Below, one piece after another: positions 39,491 through 52,240 of a stretch of 64,000 bases of DNA. Below the pieces are notes generated by a model. That model worked only from the letters and a program-made list of their open reading frames with translations, did not search any database and had not been told where the DNA came from. Each line of letters starts with the position of its first letter. Within the stretch, counting starts at the first letter, position 1. Source of the stretch: Octopus vulgaris. Taxonomy: Eukaryota. The DNA lies in NCBI GenBank assembly GCA_951406725.2, contig OX597827.1:1240001-1304000 (forward strand), given 5' to 3'. The position numbers and the translations under genes are program-made.

Positions 39491-41590
39491 AAGTGAAGAA
39501 AATCTGTTTCAGTAAACTTCATCTGGCATATGTAAGCATAGAAAAAGAAGACACTAAAAGATGACGATGATTTGGAATAGAGATTTAGTTGCTATTTCTA
39601 GCAAGTTATATGGTCATCTAGAACCTCCATGTATTTGTCTTACGTATTTGTAAATACAGATTATAAAATTGTAACTGAATTCGTAATTTTGAACTGCTCC
39701 AACATTTAGTTATTCATTTAGTTCGAAATATCAACTTTACAATTTTGTCCAACCAATGCTGCCAGCATGCAAAATGGAAGTTTGATGATGATAATGATAA
39801 TGATAATTTTATGAAAAACATTTTTGAAAATTCTAAAAATCATTTTTTTGCAATTTTTTTTTAGTCATTGTTTGTCATTCTTCTCTATGCGTCGGTGACT
39901 CATGTAAAAAAAAAAAAAGAAAGTTCACACTGACTTTGGATGCGATCAGCATGAGCCGTAAAATATTGTCTGCGTTTTCTTCATGATTAGTAGCTATTGT
40001 TTAGAGTTGGATTTCTTTTCCGTATTAATCAAACCCAATATAACAATTAAATCACATTAAATTTATTGTTAATTAACCTCACATTTTGAATAATGAATAC
40101 ATGTTTACAATTTTAAACAAAGCAAAACGTGCGAACCTAATATAAAAGAGCGCTCATACAAGAGAGATTATAAATGTGAAAAGCCAACAGGGGTTGAATT
40201 CACGTCTCCTCATTCATGTCTCCTTGCATTTATTATAATACAGTATAATCATCGTCCACCACGGAATATAGCCTCCACAGTTAAGTCTCTATATAAGAGC
40301 ATTCATAATCATTTTGAATTCAACCTCATGTATAGCATGTGTTTCACCTGCGTTGGCTGCTTTCGTTTCAAATTAATTAGATCATGAAATGTCTCTCTTG
40401 TAATAATTGTTTCAAACATAGGTGAAAGCAAGTGGCTCAGGGGTTAGAGTGTTGCACTTATCTATTATCTTATTATTATTCTTTCAGTAATTTCACTGTG
40501 GCCATGCTGGGGCATTGCCTTTGAGAATTTTTTATTGAATGAATCAGATTCCAGTACTCAGTATTTTTTCTTGTTCCTTTTTAAGCCTGGTACTTATCCA
40601 ATCAGTCTCTTTTGTCCTTTATTCTATCGGTCTCTTTTACCCAACTGCTAAGTTACAGAGGTAAATACATCAACACAGTTGCCAAGCAGTGATGAAGTAC
40701 AAACACAGACACACACACACACATCATCATCATCATCATTATCATCGTTTAACGTCTGTTTTCCGTGCTAGCATGGTTCGACCGGGGTCTGGGAAGCCAG
40801 GAGGCTGCATCAGGCTCCAGTCTGATCTGGCAGTGTTTCTACAGCTGGATGCCCTTCCTAATGTCAACCACTCCGTGAGTGTAGTGGGTGTTTTTTACGT
40901 GCCAGGAGAGGCTGGCAGCGGCCATGATAGGTTGGTGCATTTTACGTGCGAATATATATACGCTGGGCTTCTTTCAGTTTCTGTCTACCAAATTCACTCA
41001 CAAGGCTTTGGTCGGCTCAAGGCTATAGTAGAAATCATTTGCCCAACCTGGAACTAGATGGGTGGGAAGCAAACTTCTCACCACACAGTCACATAAGGAA
41101 TGTGGTTTCAGTTGCTGGACCAGGTGGTGCATTGTGTTCTTCAGTAAATCATGAGTTAAACCGACCCTTTTACTTGAAGGATGAAGGACAAAGTCAAAAG
41201 TGACTTCAAAGGGATTTGAATTCTGAACATAAAATGTCAGAACAAATACCACAAGGATTTTGTTAAAAAAAATCTGAAAGAAGCAAAGAATAAAATGATA
41301 AAATAAATAAATAAAAATGTGCAGGCATGGCTGTGTGGTTCTAGGTTCAGTCACACTGCATGGCACCTTTGGCAAGTGTCTTCTATTATAGCCTCAGGCC
41401 AACAAAAGCTTAGTTAGTGGATTTTGTAGGTCCTCGTCTTAGACACAAATTTAACGTGGTGTGGTTGATGTCCATTTTGAATCCCTATGTGTCAATGTAT
41501 ACTGAAGGCAAAATCTGGAGTGAGCAGGTGGAATTGTTGAAAGTTTCAATTTAAGGAGGAAAGACAAGGCAAAATGTTTTGTGATCTTAA

Positions 41591-41805
41591 CCCTCTCGTT
41601 ACCAACCCGGCCAAAACTGGCTCTGTAGTACAAATGTCTTGTTTTCATAAGTTTTGAATTAAAATCTTCCACCAAACCTTAGTCACAATTTATGTTCTTA
41701 ACACTAGCTTAATGATAACGAAGTTATTTTACTAAATTCTTTGTTATATTTTAAATAATTGAAAGAAACACAGAGCATCTCAAAATAAAAACAGTAATGA
41801 AAGGG
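41591..41805. mobile_element. piggyBac-like MITE (215 bp) inserted in duplication copy 2
   Basis: TTAA (41587-41590)-CCCTCTCGTTAC ... GTAATGAAAGGG-TCAA (41806-41809). It is absent from the paralogous site near 33490. Confidence 0.85.
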
Positions 41806-42761
41806 TCAATGGTGAGATTCAAAAGAGATGACAAGACAGGGAAAGGTAAGTTTAATGAATATAAAGAGAGATAATGAAGTCAGTTGCTTAATTCAGAAGA
41901 ATAGGAGGCCATATATGTGTGTGCGTGTGTGTGTGTGTGCCTTTGTGTCTCTGTTTGTCCCCCTCCCCCACAACCACCTGACAACCGAAAATGTGTTTCC
42001 ATCCCCCTAACTTAACATTTCAGCAATAGAGACCGGTAGAATAAGTACCAGGCTTAAAAACAGAAAAAATAAGTACAGAGGTTGATTCATTCGACTAAAA
42101 ATTCTTCAAAATAGTGCTGCAACATGGCCACAGTCTAATGACTGAAAAATGAAAAAGATAAAAGATAATAAAAGCAAAAAGAAAAGTGATATAAATAAAA
42201 ATCTGATGAATGAAAGGAAATAATTGGAAAGCAAAAGAAATAAGCAAATAAAAAAAAATAAATGAATGAAAATTTAATGAATGAAAACTGATGAAGGAAT
42301 GAAATGAAAAAAGAAACTAACAAAAAAAAAATGGATAAAACGAAGAATAGAATTTGATGACTGAAAGAAAATAAAAGAATAATAAAAAGCGAATGAAAAA
42401 GTGAGATGAAAAATGATGAAAGGAAGATTAGAAAATATCAAGATTTCCTTCTCAAAAAATATAAAAAAGGTTAGAAGGATCAGTAAAAATATATGGCAGC
42501 AGAGTAAAGCCATTAGCATATTTGGGTGGCATCCAGGAGTGCAAGGGTTCAAATACTGAAAACAGCAGCTTTGGCTGACGTTCAACAATCAATATTGCAA
42601 AGAACACATTAACAAATTATTTACATGAGGAATAATTGTTGTTAGTACGGTTGTTGTTATATGTCTATAGTAGTAGTTGTTATGGCAGTGATTATTGTTG
42701 TTGTCGTTGTTGTTGGTGTGTATAGTATTTGTTATGACTAGTAGTGTTGTTATTACATTGG

Positions 42762-43172
42762 TACTCTTTTTACTCTTTTTATTTGTTTCAGTCATTTGAC
42801 TGTGGCCATGCTGGAGCACCGCCTTTTAGTCGAATAAATCGACCCCAGGACTTATTCTTTGTAAGCCTAGTACTTATTCTATCAGTCTCTTTTGCTGAAC
42901 CGCTAAGTTACGGGGACGTAAACACACCACCATCGGTTGTCAAGCAATGGTGGGGGGGGACAAACACAGACACACAAACATATACACACATACATATATA
43001 TACATATATACGACAGGCTTCTTACAGTTTCCGTCTACCAAATCCACTCACAAGGCTTTGGTCGGCTCAAGGCTATAGCAGAAGACACTTGCCCAAGGTG
43101 CCACATAGTGGGACTGAAGCCGGAACCATGTGGTTCGTAAGCAAGCTACTTACCACACAGCCACTCCTGCAC
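42762..43172 (-). mobile_element. Full-length, young SINE family A
   Basis: Complete reverse complement of head to tail, with many CpGs retained. Confidence 0.9.
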
Positions 43173-43500
43173 ATGTTTTTTTTTTATTATAATTGTTGCC
43201 ATGGTTTCGAGTTGGCTGAAGCATGACGGCCAAAATACAACTCAATATTTATTTCTTGACTCTTTATGTTCTGAGTTCAAATTTCATGGTTGACTTCTAC
43301 CATTTCAGTGGTCAATAAGATAAGTACTGAGTGCCAGGGTCACTGGATCTTGACTTGACCCCCTCCCACAAAATTTCTAGCTTTGCGCTTATAGCAGAAA
43401 CAATTATATTCACAGTTCTATATTTAGGAGATGAGTCGCTATTTACATTGTTTACATTATTTACATTCGACGGATATTTGTCCTCATCTTGTTTGTTGTT

Positions 43501-43546
43501 AACACAACATTTTGGCTGATATACCCTCCAGCCTTCTTCAGGTGTC
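43501..43546 (-). ncRNA. Mutated copy of the same hammerhead (likely inactive)
   Basis: Minus strand GACAC-CUGAAGA-A-GGCUG...CAGCC-AAAAUGUU-GUGUU. CGAAACG has become CAAAATG through two CpG-type transitions, destroying G12. Confidence 0.65.
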
Positions 43547-43713
43547 TTGCGGAAATTTCGAACCTGGGTTCTCATTCCTAAGGTATTTTTCGATGTTGTT
43601 ATTGTTATTATTATTGTTGTTGTTGTTAGTCTTCAGGTCACTGCTTGGAATTGAACTCGGAATCTTGGGGTTAGAACCTTAGGAATGAGTACCCAGGCTT
43701 GAAATTTCCCCAA

Positions 43714-43759
43714 GACACCTGATGAAGGCTGGAGTGTATATCAGCCGAAACGTTGTGTT
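43714..43759 (+). ncRNA. Minimal type-I hammerhead ribozyme (Penelope-type, loopless palindromic helix III)
   Basis: GACAC-CUGAUGA-A-GGCUG(gaguguauau)CAGCC-GAAA-CG-UU|GUGUU. The core is intact, with stem I GACAC/GUGUU, a 5-bp stem II and an AACGUU palindrome; predicted cleavage is after 43754. Confidence 0.8.
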
Positions 43760-44030
43760 AACAACAAACAAGATGAGGACTAATATCCGTCAAATGTAAA
43801 TAATGTAATTATAATTTACTTAGTCACAGTCATTGGACTGTGACTATGTTAAGGTACCACCTTGAATGTGGAACAAATTAATGCCAGAACTTGTTTTTTT
43901 TTTCTTGAAGTTAGCGACATCCCATCAGTCACTTTTGTCAAAGCACTATGAGGACATAAACAAACTAACACCAGTTGTCAAACATTGGTAAGTAAACAAA
44001 CACATAACTACATCATATATATACACACAT

Positions 44031-44697
44031 GTGAAGGCAAGTGGTTCAGTGGTTAGAGCATCGAGCTTACAATCGTGAGGTTGTGACTTCGAACCCCGGA
44101 CCAGGGTGCGTGTTGAGTGGCTGTGTGGTAAGTAGCTTGCTAACCAACCACACGGTTGCGGGTTCAGTCCCACTGCGTGGCATCTTGGGCAAGTGTCTTC
44201 TGCTATAGCCCCGGGCCGACCAATGCCTTGTGAGTGGATTTGGTAGACGGAAACTGAAAGAAGCCTGTCGTATATATGTATATATATGTATATGTGTGTG
44301 TGTTTGTGTGTCTGTGTTTGTCCCCCTAGCATTGCTTGACAACCGATGCTGGTGTGTTTAGGTCCCCGTCACTTAGCGGTTCGGCAAAAAGAGACCGATA
44401 GAATAAGTACTAAAAGGTGGTGCTCCAGCATGGCCGCAGTGAAATGACTGAAACAAGTAAAAGAGTAAAAGAGTAAAAGAGTATATGTTTGTATGTCAGT
44501 GTTTGTCCCTCCAACATCGCTTGACAACCAATGCTGGTGTGTTTACATTCCCGTAACGTAGCAGTTTGGCAAAAGAGACCGATAGAATAAGTACTAGGCT
44601 TCCAAAGAATAAGTCCTGGGGTCGATTTGCTTGACTAAAGGCGGTGTTCCAGCATGGCCGCGGTCAAATGACTGAAACAAGTAAAAGAGTAAAGAGT
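44031..44697 (+). mobile_element. SINE family C head (44031-44114) followed by family A (44115-44483) and a second family A tail (44484-44697)
   Basis: A-box-like tggttcagtggttag, then gagtggctgtgtggtaagtagc...gactgaaacaagtaaaagag. Confidence 0.85.
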
Positions 44698-45019
44698 ATT
44701 CTGTGACAGTCTTTCAAATTCCTCCCATTTCGGTTTCTGCTCTGTTCTTCCTTTTGGATGCATTTTTGTGTTGCTTCTTCAGCTTCTCTTGTTGTTGTTT
44801 ACGTTGTAGCTTCCCCATGACCCTATCGTTGTTGGTGAACAGCCCTTGTTGTTCCAGGACATGATAAAGTTGGATGATAGTTGGGGTGGGGTGGGGGTAG
44901 TCTTGCTGGCTTCTTTCTTCATGCACATGGGAATAAATGACAGGATGGTCATGGATGGAGTTTCCTCTGATCAATAGTCTGCTCGATCTGGATTGGCCTG
45001 GGGCTAAATCATCAACTTA

Positions 45020-45651
45020 CATACTAAACTGCCATCAATGCAAAAAATGTAAATCCATACCACCACCACTACTAATACAACCATCAGCAACACCAGCGCT
45101 ACTACAACTATTATCACCACTAGTGGCACCAACACCATGACTACAATATTTAGCACCACCACAACTACTGCTACTAGTACCACAACAACAACCACCACCA
45201 CTACTACAGCCAACACTTTGTCAATTTCCACTGAGTGCTACTACATTACTACCACTGACAAACACTTCTACCACCACTGTTTCTATGACAACTTCCACCA
45301 TTAGCACCACCACTATTTCTCTCACAAGCACTCCCCACCACCTCTACTGCTGCTGCTGCTACTATTACCACTACTACTACTACCACCGCTACTACTACCA
45401 TCACACCTACTACTACTACTACCACCATCACCACTACTACTACCACTACCACTACCACTACTACTACTACTACTACTACCGCCACCACCATCACTACTAC
45501 TACTACTACCACCACCACCACTACGACTACTAATACTACTACTACTACTACCACCACCACCACCACCACCATCACAACTACTACTACCACCACCATCACT
45601 ACTATCACCACCATCACTACTACCACCACCACCACCACCACCACCACCACC

Positions 45652-45706
<55 letters not shown>

Positions 45707-45920
45707 TGCTAATACCACTACCAAACCACAATCACTGCTGCCAGTACCACCACTATTACCACTATCGACACAAACACAACTACCACTATAAATTCCACCA
45801 CCACCACCACCACTAATGCTACTAAAACTACTACTACAACCATTACTAGGACAAACGCTACCACCATCACCACCACCACAATCACTACCACTACCACAGC
45901 CACAACAACAACCAACATCA
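45020..45920 (+). repeat. (ACC/ACT/GCT)n trinucleotide field
   Basis: Directly visible; it explains the poly-V/Y/H ORFs. Confidence 0.93.
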
Positions 45921-46480
45921 ATATGTCTTTAAATCTGTATTGTTTACTAATTTTCCCAAAATTTTTGTTTCTGAGGTTGGTTTGTTTGTTTGACTATTTT
46001 TGTCAATAATAATAATTTTTTAATAACAATAAAAATAACAAGAACAACAATAATAATAATAATAATAATCTATTTATTATTCATTTTTCAAAACCAATAA
46101 TTCAGAAATGAAACCAGAGAAGATTCTAGAAAAACATTTCAGATATTTTAAAAAAACATCCAGAATAATTTATTTCTGGAATCTTTGTTTAAAATTTATT
46201 TGTTATTGTAGTAACAAGGAGGATATGTGTGTGTGTGTGTATGTATGCATGTGTGTGTGTCTGTGTGTGTGTGAGTGTATGTGTGTGTGTTCACATACTT
46301 GCATGTGTATGTATGTATAAATCCATACACATACATATATGTAGCTATGTAGCTCAGAAGTTTGCTTTGCAGCTGCAAAGTGCTGATTCATTCTCACTGC
46401 ATGGCACATGGACAGGTGACTTCTACTGTGGCCCATGGGCTGACAATAACTTGTGAGTAAAATTGGTAACAAACCTATTT

Positions 46481-46514
<34 letters not shown>

Positions 46515-46685
46515 TTGTTGTCACATTGAAATGTACTAAAAAAATATCTACATTTGTTTCACACATACAAACACACACAGAGTGCATAAGACATTTGAGG
46601 AGAGATTTATGTTTATAAAAAAAGAACAGATATATAATATCAAAAAATGCTATGAGGATAAAAATAAACCTTCTTTTCAATATTG

Positions 46686-47312
46686 TTATTCAATAAAACC
46701 ATCTTCAGCTTCAACAACTGCTCGAATCAAGAGACCCTTGTTCATTTTGGACATTACTCTGACTATGGCAGCTTTCATAGAATCCTTGGTGTTATGGGCA
46801 TGTTCATTGACCTCTCTCTCAACAACACTCCATGTGTAATAGGCCAATAGATTGAGATCTGGGGAATTAGGTCAAATGCTAGGGGCTGTGTGATCATGAA
46901 AATTTTCAGCCATCCATTCCTGTGTTACTAGAGCCATATGAGATACTGCAGGGTCTTACTGAAACACATGTGATTTTCGTTGCATTCACTGTCTATCCAG
47001 GGCTTAACAATTATTTTCAGGACCTTGTGGAAAGAATTAAGGAGGCATCACATGTCCTTCATTGCTGACAACCCCTAAAACCATGACAGTTGCAGGAAAT
47101 TTTGTATGCATAACAACTGGAACTTCAGAAAGGTCTGCACATAACCATCTGTCATTTCTTGTTAACTTTCTGATCTTGGTTGAAGTTTTTCTTGTTTAAG
47201 AAAAACCAAATCAAATCTTCTGCTGAATTTTTAAGTTCGTTCGAGAACCTTTTAGATCTGATGTAATGATTTTTTACTTTTTCGGACAAATTGGCCTTTC
47301 CTCATCATATAA
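46686..47312 (-). pseudogene. IS630-Tc1-mariner transposase remnant, DD37D (maT)-like
   Basis: Minus translation: NFNQDQKVN..NDRWLCADLSEVPVVMHTKFPATVMVLGVVSNEGHVMP, IVKPWID, VFQ*DPAVSHMALVTQEWMAENFHDHTAPSI*PNSPDLNLLAYYTWSVVEREVN...VVEAEDGFIE*. There are 36 residues between the second D and the third catalytic position (now A), with one Pro of WPPNSPD lost. Confidence 0.88.
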
Positions 47313-48359
47313 GTTCAGTAAAAGAGACTGATAGAATAAGTATCAGGCTTAAAAACAGGTACTAGGTTTGATGTGTTTAACTAAAATTCTCAAGGCGGTG
47401 CCCCAGCATGGCCACAGTCTAATGGCCGAAAGAAGTAACGGGTAAAAATATACATTCACGCACATATAAGACAATGCTACACAGTTCCATTTCAAATGAT
47501 TCCACTAACAATATACAGGCCATCTTGAGTCTATGAAACAAGAGACATACTAGATAACACCAAGCTGCCATGCAGTAGAATCCAACCTGGAACCATACAT
47601 TCTTTACCAAAGTTCCTTACCACATACCCACACAGCCATACCTGATAGAAGCAATTAACTCAGAGTTTCTGATCCCCTATGCAGCACTGACATGTAACAA
47701 GGATGGATTAATATAAATAGCATCACATACCAGAACAGCATTTTTTATGATTATAGGAGAGAAAGAAAGAGAGAGGGGGAGATGGAGAGAGGGAGATAGA
47801 GAGAGAGGAAAACAGTAGATAAGGATTGATTCAAGAAATATAAATTGAAATCAGAGAATTTCCTAGTATTTTGCAATTCTAAGTTTTGTTTGTCCATTTG
47901 TAAAAACCATCATTTTCTCTATAAAGTCACTGACAGAACTAAACAAGACAGGCAGAGCGGGATTACGTCAGCAAAGACAAATGTCTGTTGTGTTGTACAC
48001 ACACACACACACACACACATGCATAAACAGTGAACCTCTCCACAGTTTCCATGTATGAAATTCACTCACAAGTTTTTTAGTCGTCTTAAGGTTTAAAGTG
48101 GAAAAGCTTACCCAAGGTACCTTACAGTGGGACTGAACCTAAAGCCACATGGTTGCAAAGAGTGCTTCTTAACCACACAGCCATGCCTACCATACTTTTA
48201 AGAATACTGTATGAACTGAGGTTCCCATTGATAGGTCATTAGTATGACATTGTGGCTACTTAATTTCAAGTCTATACATAAAATTGAATTACTAACGACA
48301 ATGGAGAAAAGTTCATATTTTTAACCTTACAATGTGATTGTCATTAGAAGCCAAGATTT

Positions 48360-48800
48360 GGCTGATGATGACAATGAAGGTGCTGAGAATGACAATGGTG
48401 GTAATGAATGAGATGCTGATGATGGTGATGATGATGATGATGACTGAGGTGAAAACAGCCATGATGGTAATGGCAAAGGTTCTGTGATGATGATGATGAT
48501 GGTGATGATGATGACAATGATGGCAAAGACAACAGTGATGGTGGTTGTGATGATGATGATGATGATGATGGAGATGAAGTTGGTGACAACAATGATGGTG
48601 ATGATGATGAAGTTGGTGATGACGATGGAGCTGGTGATGACGATGAAATTGATGAAGATGATGGAATTGGTGACAATGATGGAGTTGGGGATGTCAATGG
48701 AGTTGGTGATGACGACAGAATGGCGACGACGATGGAGTCAGTTGTGTCACTCCTGCTGCTGCTGATGATGATGATGATGAGGAGGAGGAGAAGGACAATA
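48360..48800 (+). repeat. Degenerate (GAT/GGT)n field
   Basis: Directly visible. Confidence 0.9.
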
Positions 48801-51247
48801 ATGAGGGTGATGTGTGGTGCCATGTTTACTAGGTGGAGGCCACTCAAGCTTGTGTAGCGTTCTTTAGTTTGCCAGGATGACTAAAAGTATCCTGTTTTTT
48901 TTTGTGTGTGTGTGTGTGAAAAAGAGAGAGTGAGAGAATTGAAGGAGAGAAAGAGAGAATGTGTGTGTGTGTGTGTGTGTGCTGTCGCCCCCCCCCTCCA
49001 CTTCTGTCCTCCAGCCCTCCACCTAACCATGGTATGTTCAGATGCTGGTTTGATTAATGGCTCCCTTGGTTGCTTCAGTTGAGTTCCTGCGTTGGTGTCT
49101 AAGAAACTACTGAAGCTAAAATCTAAAATGTCTAAACATTATTTTATTAATGATTACTAACCAATAAATAAAGCAATAAATATTAGAAAATAATTTATTT
49201 TATCCATTTTTCTACAAAAAAAAAATAATAATCTTATTTTCTTAGCAATTTATTTGGATATTAAGAATGTAGCTCAGCTCCATTCAACACATCTTGGGTA
49301 CTTTCTGGAACAATTAAATCGACATTAAACATTTTAATATTGTTTTTGTTTAAATTTTAAATGCAAGAACAGCCGCACCCGTGATGCTTTTTTGGTGACT
49401 CTATGACTGATGGGTGAAGGCACATGGCCCAGTGGTTAGGGTGTTGCACTCATGATCACAAGATTGCAGTTTCAATTCCCAGGTCAGTAATGCATTGTGT
49501 TCTTGAGCAAAACACTTCATTCCAGATAGCTCCAGTCATCTCAACTGTAAATGAGTAACTCTGTAAGGAATCGGCAGGGGAAAATATTGTGATTTTTATC
49601 ACTTGTATGCCACGGGGACTGAGTAACTGGCCCCATAAGTCTTGAGACTCCAAGTAGTAATGTCCCGGACGAAGAGAATTATAGACTGAAGACAGACAGG
49701 AAGGAAGATATTTTTAGACCAGAGACTTCGACTGTAATGGTTCTGCTGCTTAATTTTTTTTTTTTATTGTTAGTTTTACGCATTTTATTGACTCTAAAAT
49801 GATGGAAGGTGAAGCTGACCTCAGCTGAATTTGAACTCAAAGTTCACAGAATCAACATTCTGATGACCCTGCCAATTCACCACTCATATCTTATCCGACC
49901 CATCCTGATGTCAAATTTTTGTCTACCAAATTTACCTCTCAAGGTTTTGAATGATTTAGGCATATGGTAAAAGACTTGCTCACAGTGTCAAACTGTAGGA
50001 CTGAACACAAAAACCACGTCTCTCAGAAATAAACTTCTTAAGTACACAGCAGTCACACTCACATCCACTAATGTTATGTTCCCCATTCTGTGATGTATTT
50101 CAGATTAGATTTTTAATACCCACTATATTAAATACATTAACACTAACTTAACTATTGTTTTCTCATGCAGATAGCATTACTGAGTAATGAACTTCAGTGA
50201 TCTATCGTGTAAATGAGTTGCACAATTTCATATTTGATTTCAATTGGAAAACAGGAGTTGAGACTTAAACATAGGGAAAAACTAACATTAAGAAGGGGAA
50301 AAATTTTGTACCAAAATTTAACAGAAAATTCAGGATGTAACAAGTAAATCTGGTGCATATGTCGTCGTCATCATCGTCATCATCATCGTCATTTAACTTG
50401 CGTTGTCCATGCTGGCATGGATTGGATGGTTTCACCAGAGCTGACAAGCTGGGAAGCAGCAGCAACATCACCATTATCACCTCCACGACCATCACTAACA
50501 ACAACTAGACAACCCAGCAAGGGATCCACTACATCACTACATGGTGACTCAAGCTGCACAAGAAATAGCAGCCAAATCTACCTCAAATTGAACTTTTACC
50601 ATCTTCAATGAAAACCAAATTGCAAATTGGATAATGAAGTTTTAGAATCCCTCCCTCCACACATGATGATGGAAGTGGTGGGGGTGGTGGTAGTGGGATG
50701 GTGATAATAACAATGATGATGATGGCAGTGGTGGTGGTGATGGTGGTGTGGTGGTGGTAATGGTCCACTAAAATGGACTAAAATGGCAGGATGGTCACAG
50801 CTGGAATGTCTTCCATTACAGGTCTGTTCTCTCAACATTATTCAGTGTTTTAAACAACATCTACATATGCAAACATCTTCGCTACAAACAAATGCATGTT
50901 TTATTAACACTAAGGTTTAGAGAAAAAAAACTGGTAGCACCTCCACTACCAATATCCCCACCACCACCACCATCACTTCCACCACTACTACTTACAGCAA
51001 CAACTTTTTCATTACGACAATAACAACAATTACAACTCAGAAAAATAAAAAAGAAACGACAACAAAAAAAAACAAAGAGGCAAAACAAATATATAAACAC
51101 ACACAGATGTATACATAAAACATAAGACCAATGTTAGCACAAATATTTCTACATCTTAGATTTTTTTTGTTTGGCTTCCTTGGAGCTGTGGAACTTCACG
51201 AAGGAAAATAAGTTGGGAATAAAAAAAAATATTACATTAATAAGTAA

Positions 51248-52240
51248 AATGATGATGATAATGATGATACTAGTGATGATAGTGGTGGTGTTGGTGGGGT
51301 GGATGACGGTGTGGTGGTGGTGGATGATAGTGTGGTGGTGGTGGTGGCTGAGATGATGATGATACTGATAATGATGATGATGGTGGTGGTGGTGGTGGTG
51401 ATAATGGTGGAGGTGATGGTGATGATGGTGGAAGTGGTGGTGGTGGTGGTGGTGATGAAGGAAGTGATTTTGGTGATGGTTATTATGGTAATGATGATGA
51501 TGGCAATGGTGGTGGTGGCGTGTGGTAATGATGGTGAAGGTGATGATGACGGTGGAGTTGATGATGATGATCAAGATAATAACAATGGTGTTGTTGTTCA
51601 CGATAATGGTGATGATAATGAAGATGATGGCAGTAGTGGTAGAGGTGGTGATGATGAGGAAAGTGATGAAGAAGGTGATTGATGACGACAATGATGATGA
51701 TGGTGATAAATGTAATGCATAAATTCATTTATTTCATCCTTTAACCTTTTCCAGCCTATCAGGTGTGGCCATGCTGGAGCACTGCCATTGCATAGATATA
51801 GATATACCAACTCCTCTGTGCAACAAAGAAACCATCTAATATTTCACCAAACGTCATCGTCATCATCATCATCATCATCATCTAGTCACTGTCACCCTCA
51901 TCGCCCCCACCTCAACCTTCAGCACCACTGCTACTAGTACCATCACCATCACCACTAGCACCACCACCTTCACCATCAATGCTCTCTCACCATTGTAAAT
52001 ATGTACCACTATGACCACCATCCTCTCCTCATCATCATCATCATCTATATTACCACCATAACCATCATCATCATCATTGTATCAATATAATCATCATCAT
52101 CATTGTATCAATATAATCATCAGCATCATTGCATCAACATCATCATCATCACCATCACCATTGTAACTACTGCCATCATCACCATCAATATCACCATCAT
52201 ATTGTCATCAGTGACATCATCACAGTCATCATCATTGTCC
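51248..52240. repeat. (GAT/GGT)n field (51248-51715) facing a complementary (CAT/CAC)n field (51850-52240)
   Basis: Directly visible; a short SINE A tail lies between them. Confidence 0.85.

Larger units (their letters stand above)
43413..43808 (-). mobile_element. Non-autonomous PLE-type element: B-box-like head, (AAC/AAT)n linker and hammerhead-bearing terminal repeat, with a 133-bp inverted copy at its 5' end
   Basis: Arms 43452-43584 / 43676-43808; minus-strand GAGTTCAATTCC at 43658-43647; a hammerhead motif in both arms. Confidence 0.7.

Noticed and set aside
49071-49115. Small hairpins as miRNA precursors (also 58574-58616 and 31386-31432)
   Set aside because: The stems are too short or interrupted, and they match no mature miRNA that I recognise.
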